A stretch of 58,004 nt of DNA, the filler included, from Sphacelaria rigidula (Eukaryota): the NCBI GenBank assembly GCA_964200075.2. It is 9 parts of 9 records of this genome, joined end to end, with 100 filler letters (N's around TTAATTAATTAA, not from the genome) between each part and the next. Parts side by side here need not be neighbours in the genome. Positions count along the whole stretch, not along the records: positions 45,193 to 51,548 come from CAXNAA020020575.1; positions 51,649 to 58,004 come from CAXNAA020020576.1; 7 more parts are not named here. One strand, written 5' to 3'. Numbering within the stretch: the stretch's first letter is position 1; each line of letters begins with the position of its first letter. Below the pieces are notes generated by a model that was not told where the DNA came from, did not search any database, and saw nothing but the letters and a program-made list of their open reading frames with translations. Of this stretch, positions 48,101 through 58,004 are shown piece after piece. Position numbers and translations under genes: made by a program.

Positions 48101-50731
48101 CTTCTTACTAGGAAAGAGCAGTCGAGTATACGATTTGAGAATTAACTTCCGGCTTCAATACATGCCCAACGTATCATGGTATTGTATTTTTTAGACGAGA
48201 GGACCGATCACTCGATCACTGCTTCTTCATTTATTTTTTCTGTTCCTTGACTTTCCTGAACAGGAATTCTTAGCCCCGAAATTATCTCAAGGGGTACGTG
48301 TATTGTTTACGGGTCTGTCCCCCCCTGAAATTCCTGCATTTTTCGGGGAAAATTCTGTTTCTCCGAAAAACATGTGGGAAGTTTATTTTCCGGGTCAGGT
48401 AATAGATCAATTGAAAACTGACTACGGGTTCCTCCGAAAATCTAGCGTCGTTTTTTTTCCAGCATTTTTCGCCGGGAAGAATTCGGAGAAGAATCCAATT
48501 TGTCGCAAAAAATTGAAGAGGAAATTCTAGAAAAATTATAACCTTACACGAGTGCTAAGACCCCTGGCTGACTGTTATCGAACGGTATGCCTAGAGTGCT
48601 GTAGCACGCGCTTGCGGGTTTGCAATTGGCTGCAATACCGACACCGTTCGCCGCTTGATTCACGCATCTCGTAGCTCTGTCTTACTGGTTGTTCCGCATA
48701 ATCCGCGCGCGCAGCTCCAAGAGGGCTCCTTCCCAGCTTGCTTCATGGTGGTGGTGGGAGTACTGGCGTACAACTCATTCCTGCGTCAGGCGCGCTCAGT
48801 TGAAGATGGCCACTTGCACCATTTCCTACCTGCCTTTGTAGCCATGCTTGCGGCTTCGCTCGTTGCCAACCGTGGTGCCGCGATGCAACGATCGACATCG
48901 CCGTAATACGATAGCTACACACCCGACAGCTGCTGTGCGCCGGGGACAAAACTATGAAGGCTGTGGCCATCATGTTCTCGATGGGCTCCGTTCCAAGGAT
49001 CATGCACGAGAAGAGTTGAATTTTGTACGGGTCAGCTGAGATGAAATATAAAACATCCATATTTTTTTCCCCTCTTGTTGCTCTTGTTGAAGCAACATTT
49101 TACGGTGACACACTGAGCAGCCACTGTTCTGTGGTGTTTTATGCGGAGTAATGAACGGAATTTGTGCAGCATAGAATCAGCGAGCCCTTTACGGGGACGT
49201 GTTGACTGCGTTTTTTCACGTTCTCTTTGGGTTCTAAGAGCCGAGGCTCCATTTCTTTTGCAGCTGAAATGACGTATGCTGCTCTGCTTCCATCAGCGCG
49301 TGCTGTTTTTAGCATTTTGTATGTGATTGCGTTGAGGGAGAGGGAGCACCACTTGCTTGCGTTTTCGTCTCGGGTGCTTGATCGCCATCTTTGTGCTTGG
49401 TTGGATTGCCGAGGTATTTCAGCTTGGTTACCTAGAATCAGGACATGGCACCCTTGTATTGCGGTAGGCCTCGCCGAAGTCGTACCTCCAACAAAGATAT
49501 GGACAGGCGTAAAATTTGATCCTTGATTTGGGGTGAGAGAACACGTATGCCAGGTATTTCGTTTGAGCTTCTTTCTCTACCGCTTCTTTGTTTCTTATCG
49601 ACGAGAGTGATGCAAACCGAGTCGCCAGGCACACGGTCTAGGATAGACACAACTGTCCTGCAGTGCTCATTTTGCAGGCTTATCTATCCCTGCGGGACAT
49701 GCCGAAAGATGTCGCTCAACCTAGCTGTTGCAATTTGTTTGGCGCATGCTTGCTGGAGTGTGGTGTGTGCCACGGAAGCAGTGACTCGATACACGTACCT
49801 GCGCTGTGTGTGAATCGTGTGAGTAGCCGAGATATGACCGTCGAGAATCGAGGGAGAAAAGTGCAAGAAAAATGTTGGATCCCAAATCAAATGCTGAAAT
49901 ATTTCGGGGTTAGGGCAGGGGTATCATTGGCGGGTCTGTTTCCTCCTTGAGTGTCCGAATTTTCCGAGAAGTCTTCTCTTCTACAAGAAATGTGGGAGCA
50001 TATTTCTTCGTCAGGTCAGGCAATACACCAGTTCAAGAGACTCGCTACGAATTTTTCCGAAATTTAGCGCCGGATTTCCAATTGCACAAAATTAATCAGG
50101 TTTTTGCTGTGGGTAAAAATTCGACTGAACGGTTTTTTGCGACTCCATTTTTGTGATGGGGTTTTTGCGACTTGATTTCTGCGATTCGATTTCTGCGACT
50201 CGATTTCTACGACATTTGTTTTGCTAAATTCTTTCACTCCAAAACCCCTGTTGACTTGTTTTTTTGGGAATAACTTCGTCGAACAGAAACGAAACGCATC
50301 TTGCTCCAAGGGGCACCTGGACACACAGTAGTCGCTGCTGCCTACCTAGTATCATCCTCCAAATCAAAGTCCTGAGTGAGGATGATCTGCTGTACATCTA
50401 GTATCATGTTCCAAAACGTACCCGACAAGGGGGCAACATCCCGGTACAGGCAGTAGCAACGCTAGCGGATCCTAAGTCCTGTCAGTCTGGCAGCCGGCAA
50501 GATGGTTACGGTAGCGTCCTTCTAGCGATATCAGCTTACAGTGCGCTGGAGCAGAGTTTGCAGGTGAATATTTCGGCGATTGCTTCACCTGCAGTTCGCC
50601 CAGATGTTGCAGATTGTTTTAGCTGTATCACCGAGTAACATTACATATATTTACATCTGGAAAGTATGTCAAACTCGGCTCCCGGTATCCTTGTTTATTC
50701 GCTGGCTCTGAGTTGAATATCTAGGCTCTGA

Positions 50732-51400
50732 GTTGGATGCTCGAAAACGACGAGTGACACAGGTTTGAGAGCAGAGTTGGGAATGTACTTACATGAAACA
50801 AACAGAGGCACGAGGAAGTGACGATGACCATACAGCGTCTAGAACATGCAGATAAAGAGATTACCAGCTAGAGTTGATAAGGCTGCATGGAAGAAAAATA
50901 CGAAAGGGCGGGCTGGAATAAGGTTGGATAAAGAAGTCGAGAAAATGTGGAAGGATATAGGCGGAAACCGAGACGAGATTCTGTCCATAGACGAAGGCGC
51001 GGGGGTACAAGGAAAAAGTAAGAGATATGATAGAAATAAGGGGAAAAGGAGCGCTCAGACGCAAAGTAAACGAGGGAGATCACCTGGAGGTATACGGGTG
51101 GTTGAGAGAGGGGATAGGGATGAAAGCATATTTGCATGGCCGAATGGACGCTGCGAAAACTCTGAAACTGCGATTTCGGGTGGGGGACCTGGACCTGCCA
51201 GAAAGAAAGAGGTCTACCCGTAGTCGACAGGAGGAGGAAGTAAAGGGATAGAATTGCCCCTGTGGCGAAGCAATAGAGAGCAGAAGCCATGTAGTAGCAG
51301 AATGTGAGCTATACAAGGAGGAACGGGACGTGCTAGAGGAGGAAATGCGGGACATGAATGAAGATGGTAGAAATCGTTTGATGCATTGGACAGTACACAC
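50732..51400 (+). mobile_element. Decayed LINE ORF2 C-terminal fragment with zinc finger
   Basis: Across stops and frameshifts it reads LGCSKTTSDTGLRAELGM...KRLPARVDKAAW...LEVYGWLREGIGMKAYLHGRMDAAKTLKLRFRVGDLDL...CPCGEAIESRSHVVAECELYKEER. This is the post-RT region and CCHC-type finger of non-LTR elements. Confidence 0.8.
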
Positions 51401-51548
51401 GCGGCCATTCGGCAACCTATAAAACACTCTGTTCCGGTCAACTTCTCGAGCCTCCAGAGGAATTAAACGCCTCTAGAGGGTGCGCGTAAGGACTGAATCT
51501 CCTACTCAGCGCTGGGGTCTATGTGTAAGAAAAGATCGTGGGACCTCT

Positions 51549-51648
51549 NNNNNNNNNNNNNNNNNNNNNNNNNNNNNNNNNNNNNNNNNNNNTTAATTAA
51601 TTAANNNNNNNNNNNNNNNNNNNNNNNNNNNNNNNNNNNNNNNNNNNN
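51549..51648. other. Artificial contig linker
   Basis: N44-TTAATTAATTAA-N44. Confidence 0.98.
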
Positions 51649-52142
51649 TTATTCCCCCCGCCAAACAGGGTTCGCTGGGCAAACGCCCCATGGCAAAAGC
51701 CAGGAACAAATAGGCGCCCCCCCCCCCCCCCCCCCCCCCTCCCCTATATCAGAGGATCACTCACCTACCACTATGCGGCACAGTGAAACAACACGCATGC
51801 TTGAATCCATCAAAACTGGGGGTGCAGACAGTCAACATAAAAAAGACTGCCTATTGTAACCCCCACACTTGAGCTCCGGTCACTTGCACACCGCGACAGT
51901 GTTTCATTCTGTCCAGCCAGCCGTTTCACAAAAACGACAAAGCCCCAACAACTTTGGACGATCCGCTAACCCTCGGACCGTTCTCATTTCTGGAGTGCGG
52001 TGCGAACTACCAACACGCAGCAAAACAAAAGATACACACGCGCGCGCACACTCACGCGCGAGAAAGGATATGGTCGCTACTCTTTTCACGCACAGCATTG
52101 AGCTGTATGATGACAGTGGGGATGAAAATAGGTCTCTCTCAC

Positions 52143-52424
52143 CACCAAGATCGAACACGGCCAACACGTAGAGGTCCGCCGTCTCCGCCCCCTCCAGCTC
52201 GCCCCGGAGCATTCTCGTCTCCCGACCGCGCGCTATCGTCGTTGGAAGAAGCAGGGCTGCTGCTGCCGCTGCTGCTGCTGCCGCTGCTGCTGCTGCTGCT
52301 ATTTTCCTCGTGGAACGGTACCGCAACGAAGTGATTGTCGATATAACGATCACCTTGGCGGTTGTCGGACCACGCGTTGAGTACCACGTGGGCCACGCCA
52401 TCAGACACGAACGGTACGGAGCAG
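52143..52424 (-). CDS. Probable internal exon, unknown protein
   Basis: ctgtttcccgtcgcAG|C...TG|GTGAGA defines a symmetric 282-nt exon: CSVPFVSDGVAHVVLNAWSDNRQGDRYIDNHFVAVPF-Ser/Gly linker-PLRVGRVRSW. Confidence 0.6.
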
Positions 52425-52869
52425 CTGCGACGGGAAACAGTACACGGGATGTACACGCACACGCACACGCACACATGCACACACGCACACACGCACACAC
52501 GCACAACCGTGACGTAACGTAAATGGGTAATCATGAATGGCTTATTCGTGATTACAATAAGAGAGGCGGGGATAGACTTGAGACGGTGCGGCATGCGTGC
52601 AGGATCAACATACGCTCGTGGCGTGCCAGCCCTGCCCCAAAGTTTCAGGACTGCTGCGCGGGCATTGGAAGAAATGCATGGTGTTTGCATATATCGCAGC
52701 AATGGAGGCTGCCGGCGTGCGCCACTTGCAGACCATGGGAGTATAAAAGCATGTACCCCCACAAAACTGGAAACTGCTCAGCCAAGAGATAATGTACTGG
52801 CCCTGGATGCACTTGATTTGTTGCTCAAAACCGGCTGGGGGTTCTCCGGGACTACTTCCTTTACATAGG

Positions 52870-53131
52870 TGCCGCGCCTCGGTGATTCAAATTAAATGAC
52901 CCGGCTGTGACCATCGGGGTGGAGAGAGCATTGGTTCGATTCCCGATGCGCTGGGGCTTTTCTTCGAAGTATCTGTGACGTTCACCGTCGAAAGCGTTAG
53001 TATGTGAGCAAACACACTGTTGGCTGAGTTTGTTTGACGAGAGTTGACGCGGTGCAGGAGTGCTGATAAGTTATGACCCGATCCACGAGATCAAAATGCA
53101 CCGCGTGTACCGGGGAGAGATGGGTGGATCC
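52870..53131 (+). mobile_element. SINE family B, 5' part (interrupted by the Copia insertion)
   Basis: B box ggttcgattcc at ~52933 and body ctgagtttgtttgacgagagttgacgcggtgc. Continues at 57146. Confidence 0.75.
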
Positions 53132-53541
53132 TGTGCGCTTGTGAGGTGTTTGATGTGGCCGTGGCGCACTTCCTCCCAGTGCATCGTTTTATAGCGGAGC
53201 AAGGCAATTGTCACGAGAGATCTTGATGGGTTGAGCAGACGACGGACCCGAGTGGGGCGCCGCATCGCTGTGCTTTTCATTATTCAATTAGATGTCACCC
53301 GCTTGTGTACAGCTCTGTCTGGACCTTATCTCTCTGAACCTCAGCCCTAAGCCCCTACTATAGAGCTTGTAATATACAGCCATGGAGCCGTTATGGCTCG
53401 GCTAAATACTGGCTACAGCACTGGTTCCCGGACCGTTCTTGTTGGTACTTTGTACTGGACCGAACTGGCTCCGACCAGGCTGGTTGACTACATGCCCGAG
53501 AATCTGCGTGTGAGATCTATGTTCGATACACAATCTGCGCA
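53132..53541 (-). repeat. 3' LTR (410 bp), with PPT ATGGGGAAG at 53550-53542
   Basis: Direct repeat of 56736-57140, about 92% identical by manual count, with one 5-bp indel. Confidence 0.95.
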
Positions 53542-54225
53542 CTTCCCCATGATCGTACAGCGGTAACACCAGAGAGTTGATGCGATCACACCCAACGTCC
53601 TAGATACGAGACAAATGAATATTTCCATTGAATGCCATAGAAGCCATGTGGTGGACCTGGACCCTCCGGACTCGTCCCGACTTCTGCCGCCTTTTTCGCT
53701 TTGACATCCCTCGTGGGAAACGGCGACTTGGACGTTTGTTGACTTTGTGCGAAGCTGTCTCCTTGAGTGGCATCCCACACGTTCCGGTGGCCCATCCACC
53801 GTCTTCGTCGCTTCCTTTGCCACGGACTGTCCCTTTGCTTCTTCGCCAAGGCTAGAACCCTCCGCGCTCGGCACGAATATATTCTCGAGCTTCGCTCTTC
53901 CGTTATCGCGCAGCGTCTCCGGTGGTTCGGCGATTCGGCCCTGTTCACGATCATCTCCGCTTGAGGAGGCGTGATCCTCCCGTCCGACCTGCTGCCCCTT
54001 TCTTGTCGGCGGTGCCTCCGTCTTTGGGCCTGCGGAGCGCTCGTCCGCGCTTGGAGTCGCATGAGTTACAGGCGCCGCAGGTGGCACCCGTGGTCCCAGC
54101 GCTTCACCGGCCTCTCGGCTCTGAGGCTCGCTGTCGTTCTGTTGAATATCCTCTTCCATGGCCACCTTCCATCTGTCAGCATCAGATCCTACCAGGGCTT
54201 CTCCCGTTCTCGATGGTTCCTGTGG
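53488..54225 (-). CDS. Copia pre-RT motif fused in frame to a charged low-complexity tail with a hydrophobic C-terminus
   Basis: PQEPSRTGEALVGSDADRWKVAMEEDIQ is followed by ~220 open codons ending WLLWHSMEIFICLVSRTLGVIASTLWCY and reading into the LTR. Confidence 0.5.
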   Translation of the reverse strand, partial: PQEPSRTGEALVGSDADRWKVAMEEDIQQNDSEPQSREAGEALGPRVPPAAPVTHATPSADERSAGPKTEAPPTRKGQQVGREDHASSSGDDREQGRIAEPPETLRDNGRAKLENIFVPSAEGSSLGEEAKGQSVAKEATKTVDGPPERVGCHSRRQLRTKSTNVQVAVSHEGCQSEKGGRSRDESGGSRSTTWLLWHSMEIFICLVSRTLGVIASTLWCYRCTIMGKCADCVSNIDLTRRFSGM

Positions 54226-54299
54226 TCAAGTGACGATTCCGCCCCCGAGCATGCAGAACGCGTATTCGTCCTGATCTTGTAGAAGGGTGGCGACGAAAT

Positions 54300-55860
54300 C
54301 ACCGTCATCAGAGCTGCTGAACTCCTAAAGCGCTGCCGTGCATTTTCCCCTCGATGCCGTTGCGCCAGTCGACTGGACCTGCGCAGTACACTATCTGGAG
54401 AAGAGCATTCCGATGATATCGGTTCCTGTGGTGGCTGTCTACCCGGGCCATCATCGCCGTCGATTGGAGCTTCTTTTTCTTCTTCCGGTTCGTCCTTGTC
54501 GTCACTAAGTTCGACCGCCTTCAGCTCCCCCACGATGTCTAGGATCTCGGCCTCTGAATCAAACGTGATGTGTGAAGACTTGAGGAGTTTTGATTCCTGT
54601 ATCAGCCATACATACCAGCAGAGAGAGCGCCGATCGTGCCCCACCAAGATGCCCCGCTTGGCATATGAGTGGAACTCTGCAGCGGCGCCGCGCTGCTGCT
54701 TGTGGCGATGCACCAAGCACTCGGATCCCCAAGCACGAAGCCGGTCGTAGCTGAAAGGCTTCCCTGTCAGCCTCTCACATGGGGTCTCGCCCCCGAGGTA
54801 CTTGTGGGGCATCCCTGCGGTCTTGAATGTCGCGTCCGCCACAGCGAAGAACCAGTGTAGTCCCCTCCGCGTCCCGCTTTCACCAGTTGGCTGCGTGCTA
54901 TCCTCATCAGTTGTTGAATTGCACGTTCAGCAAATCTACTACTTTGCGGTGTCCTCGGAGGTGAACAGCGCCACTTGATCCCACGACCGGTCAGCATGCG
55001 TCAAAATTTAACTGACCGTCCAAGTTCCACAGCGCCGTCTCCGCTGATGTATTTAATGGTCACTCCCTCACGGGCCATTTCGTCGATGTAGGTTCCCGTG
55101 GCGTCAGTGGTAGCATCTCGTGTCTTGAGTCGAACAACATGCTTGTCTCGACCGTCCTCGTCCACGAAAACCTGAAAGTATTTCATGCCCCGTGACAGTG
55201 GCGTGGAAAGACCCTTCAAGGTCAGTATGCAAAACTTCACCTGGTGCTTTGGAACTCCTGCCGCCGCGGCCGTAGCTGAGTGCCCCGGGCTTGCATTCCT
55301 TGCAGACGCTGCAGTGTATCTCGGACGCCACCGTGGTATCAGTGACATCGATCAGCCCATGCTTCTCGAGGTGTTTCATTGCAGCCGGATCGATGTGCCC
55401 TAACGTGTCGTGCCACTGCTTCAATGTAAGGCGCTGCTTCTTGTTTGCGAACGAAGCATGCGCCGACGCCGCATATTTGCCATTCCCCTGCAGCGATACC
55501 GACAGGATCAGCAACCCTCTATTCTCGGCTAGGGGGATCGTCGGCCCATCCTTTCTGAACCGAAGGTAGCTCTCCTTCCTGCCGGAGTCCACGAATTCTC
55601 CTCCGTCACGCCGAATCGTTCCAGTACTCAGCAGCCGGCAAGGTAGTCCAGGGACCCAAAGTACGTCCTTCAGGACAACCTTTGCCGGAGCCTCCTTTCC
55701 CCGAACGCTAACGTGCAATGGGATATCTCCCATTGCGAGCGCCTGCAGCTACCCCTTGTTCCGAAATGTACAGCTTCGATTAACCATACGCGTGTTTCTG
55801 AGATCCTGTTTCCAGGGAGTCATGTGGACATTCGCTCCCGAGTCGCAGAGAATCGATACC
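54300..55860 (-). pseudogene. pol: Copia protease and integrase (frameshifted)
   Basis: Protease ILCDSGANVHMT and LKDVLWVPGLPCRLLS; HHCC WHDTLGH...CSVC; DDE core LHTDLEG / ISGDGA / PQSSRFAERA; C-terminal AKRGILVGHD and LRRSSR. Confidence 0.92.
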
Positions 55861-56057
55861 CCTGTGTGACTGTTGGTCGACGTGCACATGGATACTACTC
55901 GCTCATCCTCGACTACTGTACCACGTTCATCGTCACGAATGCCCTCGGTCTGTCCCTCCTCCCATTATTTCTGCTGTTTTGTGAAGGTGGGAACGTTCGC
56001 GCGGGGCTCATCCCCGGCGGTCGTTCAGCCGGTGGGTTGCCGTTGAGGTAGGAGCGA

Positions 56058-56731
56058 CACTCCCGTCACCTATGATTCCGCTTCAAACAGTTGGCGCATT
56101 GATTGCTATCGAGCCCTAAGTCGGTTTTGTTGCCATCGGTTCTCGATTTGAACGCTGCTGCCTCATCGTGGCGTTCCATGTCAAACCCGAGGTATGCTGA
56201 TGATGCTACGACTGCCCGGTTTAGCTCATCGTACGTCATACCTGGCTGGGTTTTTAGCTGGATGAATATTTGTGGAAGCGCCTCCTCGATCCCGAATAGA
56301 AGGGCTGCCCTCTTAGTCTCCTCGGCTTTGGCGTAAAATCTGCTGATTCTTCTGCAGAATTTCATTGGAGATCCCGCAGTCTTCGTCCCAATGCGAGTAG
56401 TTGTACAGGCCGCTCGTCCTATGCACGTCCTCCGTAGATCCGATGATGGCTGTGGCTGACCGTTTCGTAGCTTGTGCCCGGAGGAACCAACCACAAGGAT
56501 TGCGTATTGCGTTGGTGCGTTTCGTACGTCCTACGCTGGTCGAGTGTTGTGGTCGCTGTCGGAACGGCCGGTGCGGTGTAATCCGGTCGCAGCAGGGGGT
56601 ATAGTCCCTTCCTCCCCACGTATCCAGCTATGGAGAGTCTCCATGCGTCCCATGATTGTTGCGACTGCCCACGAGCGTCCGTCCGGACTGGCAACTTGCG
56701 TGGGTCTGCCTTCATACTCCTCGAGGCTCAT
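56058..56731 (-). pseudogene. gag: Copia gag (frameshifted)
   Basis: ATG lies within the PBS (MSLEEYEGR). N-terminal motif SWDAWRLSIAGYVGRKGLYPLL; zinc knuckle CANCLKRNHR*REC with an in-frame stop. Confidence 0.85.
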
Positions 56732-56735
56732 AACC
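56725..56735 (-). promoter_or_regulatory. Primer-binding site for the initiator tRNA-Met half molecule
   Basis: GGTTATGAGCC directly follows the LTR's CA and is complementary to the anticodon stem-loop GGCUCAUAACC. Confidence 0.85.
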
Positions 56736-57140
56736 TGTGCACTTGTAAGGTGTTTGATGTGGCCGTGGCGCGCTTCCTCGCTGTGCACCGTTTTATAGCG
56801 CAGAAAGGCATTTGTCACGAGAGATCTTGATGGGCTGAGCAGACGACGGACCCGAGCGCCGCATCGCCGTGCTTTTCATTATTTATTTAGATGCCACCCG
56901 CTTGTGTACAGCTCTGTCTGGACCTTATCTCTTTGAATCTCAGCCCTAAGCCCCAACTATAGAGCTTGCAATATAGAGCAATGGAGCCGTTATGGCTCGG
57001 CTAAATACTGGCTACAGCACTGGTTCCTGGACCATTCCTGTTGGTGCTTTGTACTGAGCCGAACTGGCTCCGACCAGGCTAGTTGACTACATGCCGGAGA
57101 ATCTACGTGTGATATCTATGTTCGATACACAATCTGCACA
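56736..57140 (-). repeat. 5' LTR (405 bp)
   Basis: tgtgcacttg...atctgcaca, a direct repeat of 53132-53541. Confidence 0.95.
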
Positions 57141-57145
57141 GATCC

Positions 57146-57205
57146 CTTGAGATCACGGACTCGCCCCGAGGAAGGGGAGGGGTTCAAAGTACGACCAATA
57201 AAATC
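57146..57205 (+). mobile_element. SINE family B, 3' remainder
   Basis: cttgagatcacggactcgccccgaggaaggggaggggttcaaagtacgaccaataaaa is colinear with the 3' end of the 17476-17775 copy. Confidence 0.75.
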
Positions 57206-58004
57206 ATAGAAAAGGTATATGCCGAACATTCACATCGCCCAGACGAAAATTCTCATGTATAAGAAGGTTAAGTACGCTAATTGCATTCCGTACTGCACAC
57301 AGATTAAGCCACCGTGCTTCAGTACAATCACAGATAATTAATGCAGTGTAGGCGATTATCTACACTTGCATGAGCCTTCTGTAAACAGAACAGAACAAAC
57401 ACGGCATGGTACGGTATGGTACAGTATGGTACAGTATAGTACAGCGCAGACTGCTGTACAGTTTCTGAAGAAGGCATTTGTATCATCGACAAAACAACTG
57501 GACGAGCCAATTTAAAAGGCCGTTTCTCTAGTATTGTCCGTTCTAAAGCGGTTACTTTTCAAATGTACACAGCGAGTGCGATTTCAATGCGTTACCGGTG
57601 ATGTGCCCCCACGTTCATATGCATACGCTGTGTTCCGGTTGATCAAACGCTACACTAAAAGTGAGCGTGAAAATCTGGCAGCTCTCCAGTTTCCTCTCAC
57701 CTGCACGGCGCGGTGCCGACCGTTTTCCACTATGTTTCAAACACTCTAACGCCTCCGTATTCTTCGGAAATGATGACGAATATCACTCGCTGGTGCCTCT
57801 GCCGTTTTCCCCACAAGTCTGTTTTTTTCTCTGTGAACGTAACTGGGGTTGTTTTTTACTCTCTCTTGGTGTCCGGTTTAATTCTTTTCTTTTTCTTCTC
57901 TTTTTCGCTGTTTTTATTTCTTCTACTGTAATGGTGAGGCACCCATGAGGCGGTGTATAAGCTGTGACTGTCTCGGGAAGTGGCAATACCAGAAAATAAA
58001 GCAA

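Larger units (their letters stand above)
53132..57140 (-). mobile_element. Ty1/Copia LTR retrotransposon, 4009 bp, lacking RT-RNase H
   Basis: Two TG...CA LTRs, 5-bp TSD GATCC (53127-53131 and 57141-57145), PBS, PPT and gag-PR-INT domain order. Confidence 0.95.

Noticed and set aside
48260..50320. Two possible hAT-like MITEs (CAGG...CCTG at ~48260-48564 and ~49917-50319)
   Set aside because: TIR matches are short and imperfect, and no 8-bp TSD is present.
53071..53280. Short ORFs shared with 56531..56818 (HxEEARHGHIKHLTSAQ)
   Set aside because: They are translations of the duplicated LTR, not paralogous genes.

Overview
Eukaryotic, repeat-rich genomic DNA, most likely a brown alga (Phaeophyceae). 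This is inferred from short GT-AG exons in long TE-filled introns, TTAGGG-type motifs, a heterokont-like signal peptide and the TE types present. The window is not one locus. It is nine unrelated fragments of exactly 6356 bp joined by artificial 100-bp N44-TTAATTAATTAA-N44 linkers. Best-supported content: (i) an LTR-to-LTR Ty1/Copia element (53132-57140, minus) with a GATCC target duplication, a half-tRNA-iMet primer site and decayed gag-protease-integrase. It lacks RT/RNase H, which are replaced in frame by an open ~220-codon tail, and it sits inside a tRNA-derived SINE. (ii) The 5' half of an LTR retroelement with an extremely long (~4.2 kb) Gag-side coding region (6457-12748, minus). (iii) A plant-type (DD39D-like) mariner deletion derivative and Stowaway-like MITEs. 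(iv) Two tRNA-derived SINE families, LINE fragments, several 0.3-1.2 kb fold-back elements and a TTAA-flanked element carrying a hairpin tandem array. (v) Isolated host exons: WD40/WDR26-like, poly-Q, signal-peptide and unknown. No rRNA, intact tRNA or CRISPR array is seen.
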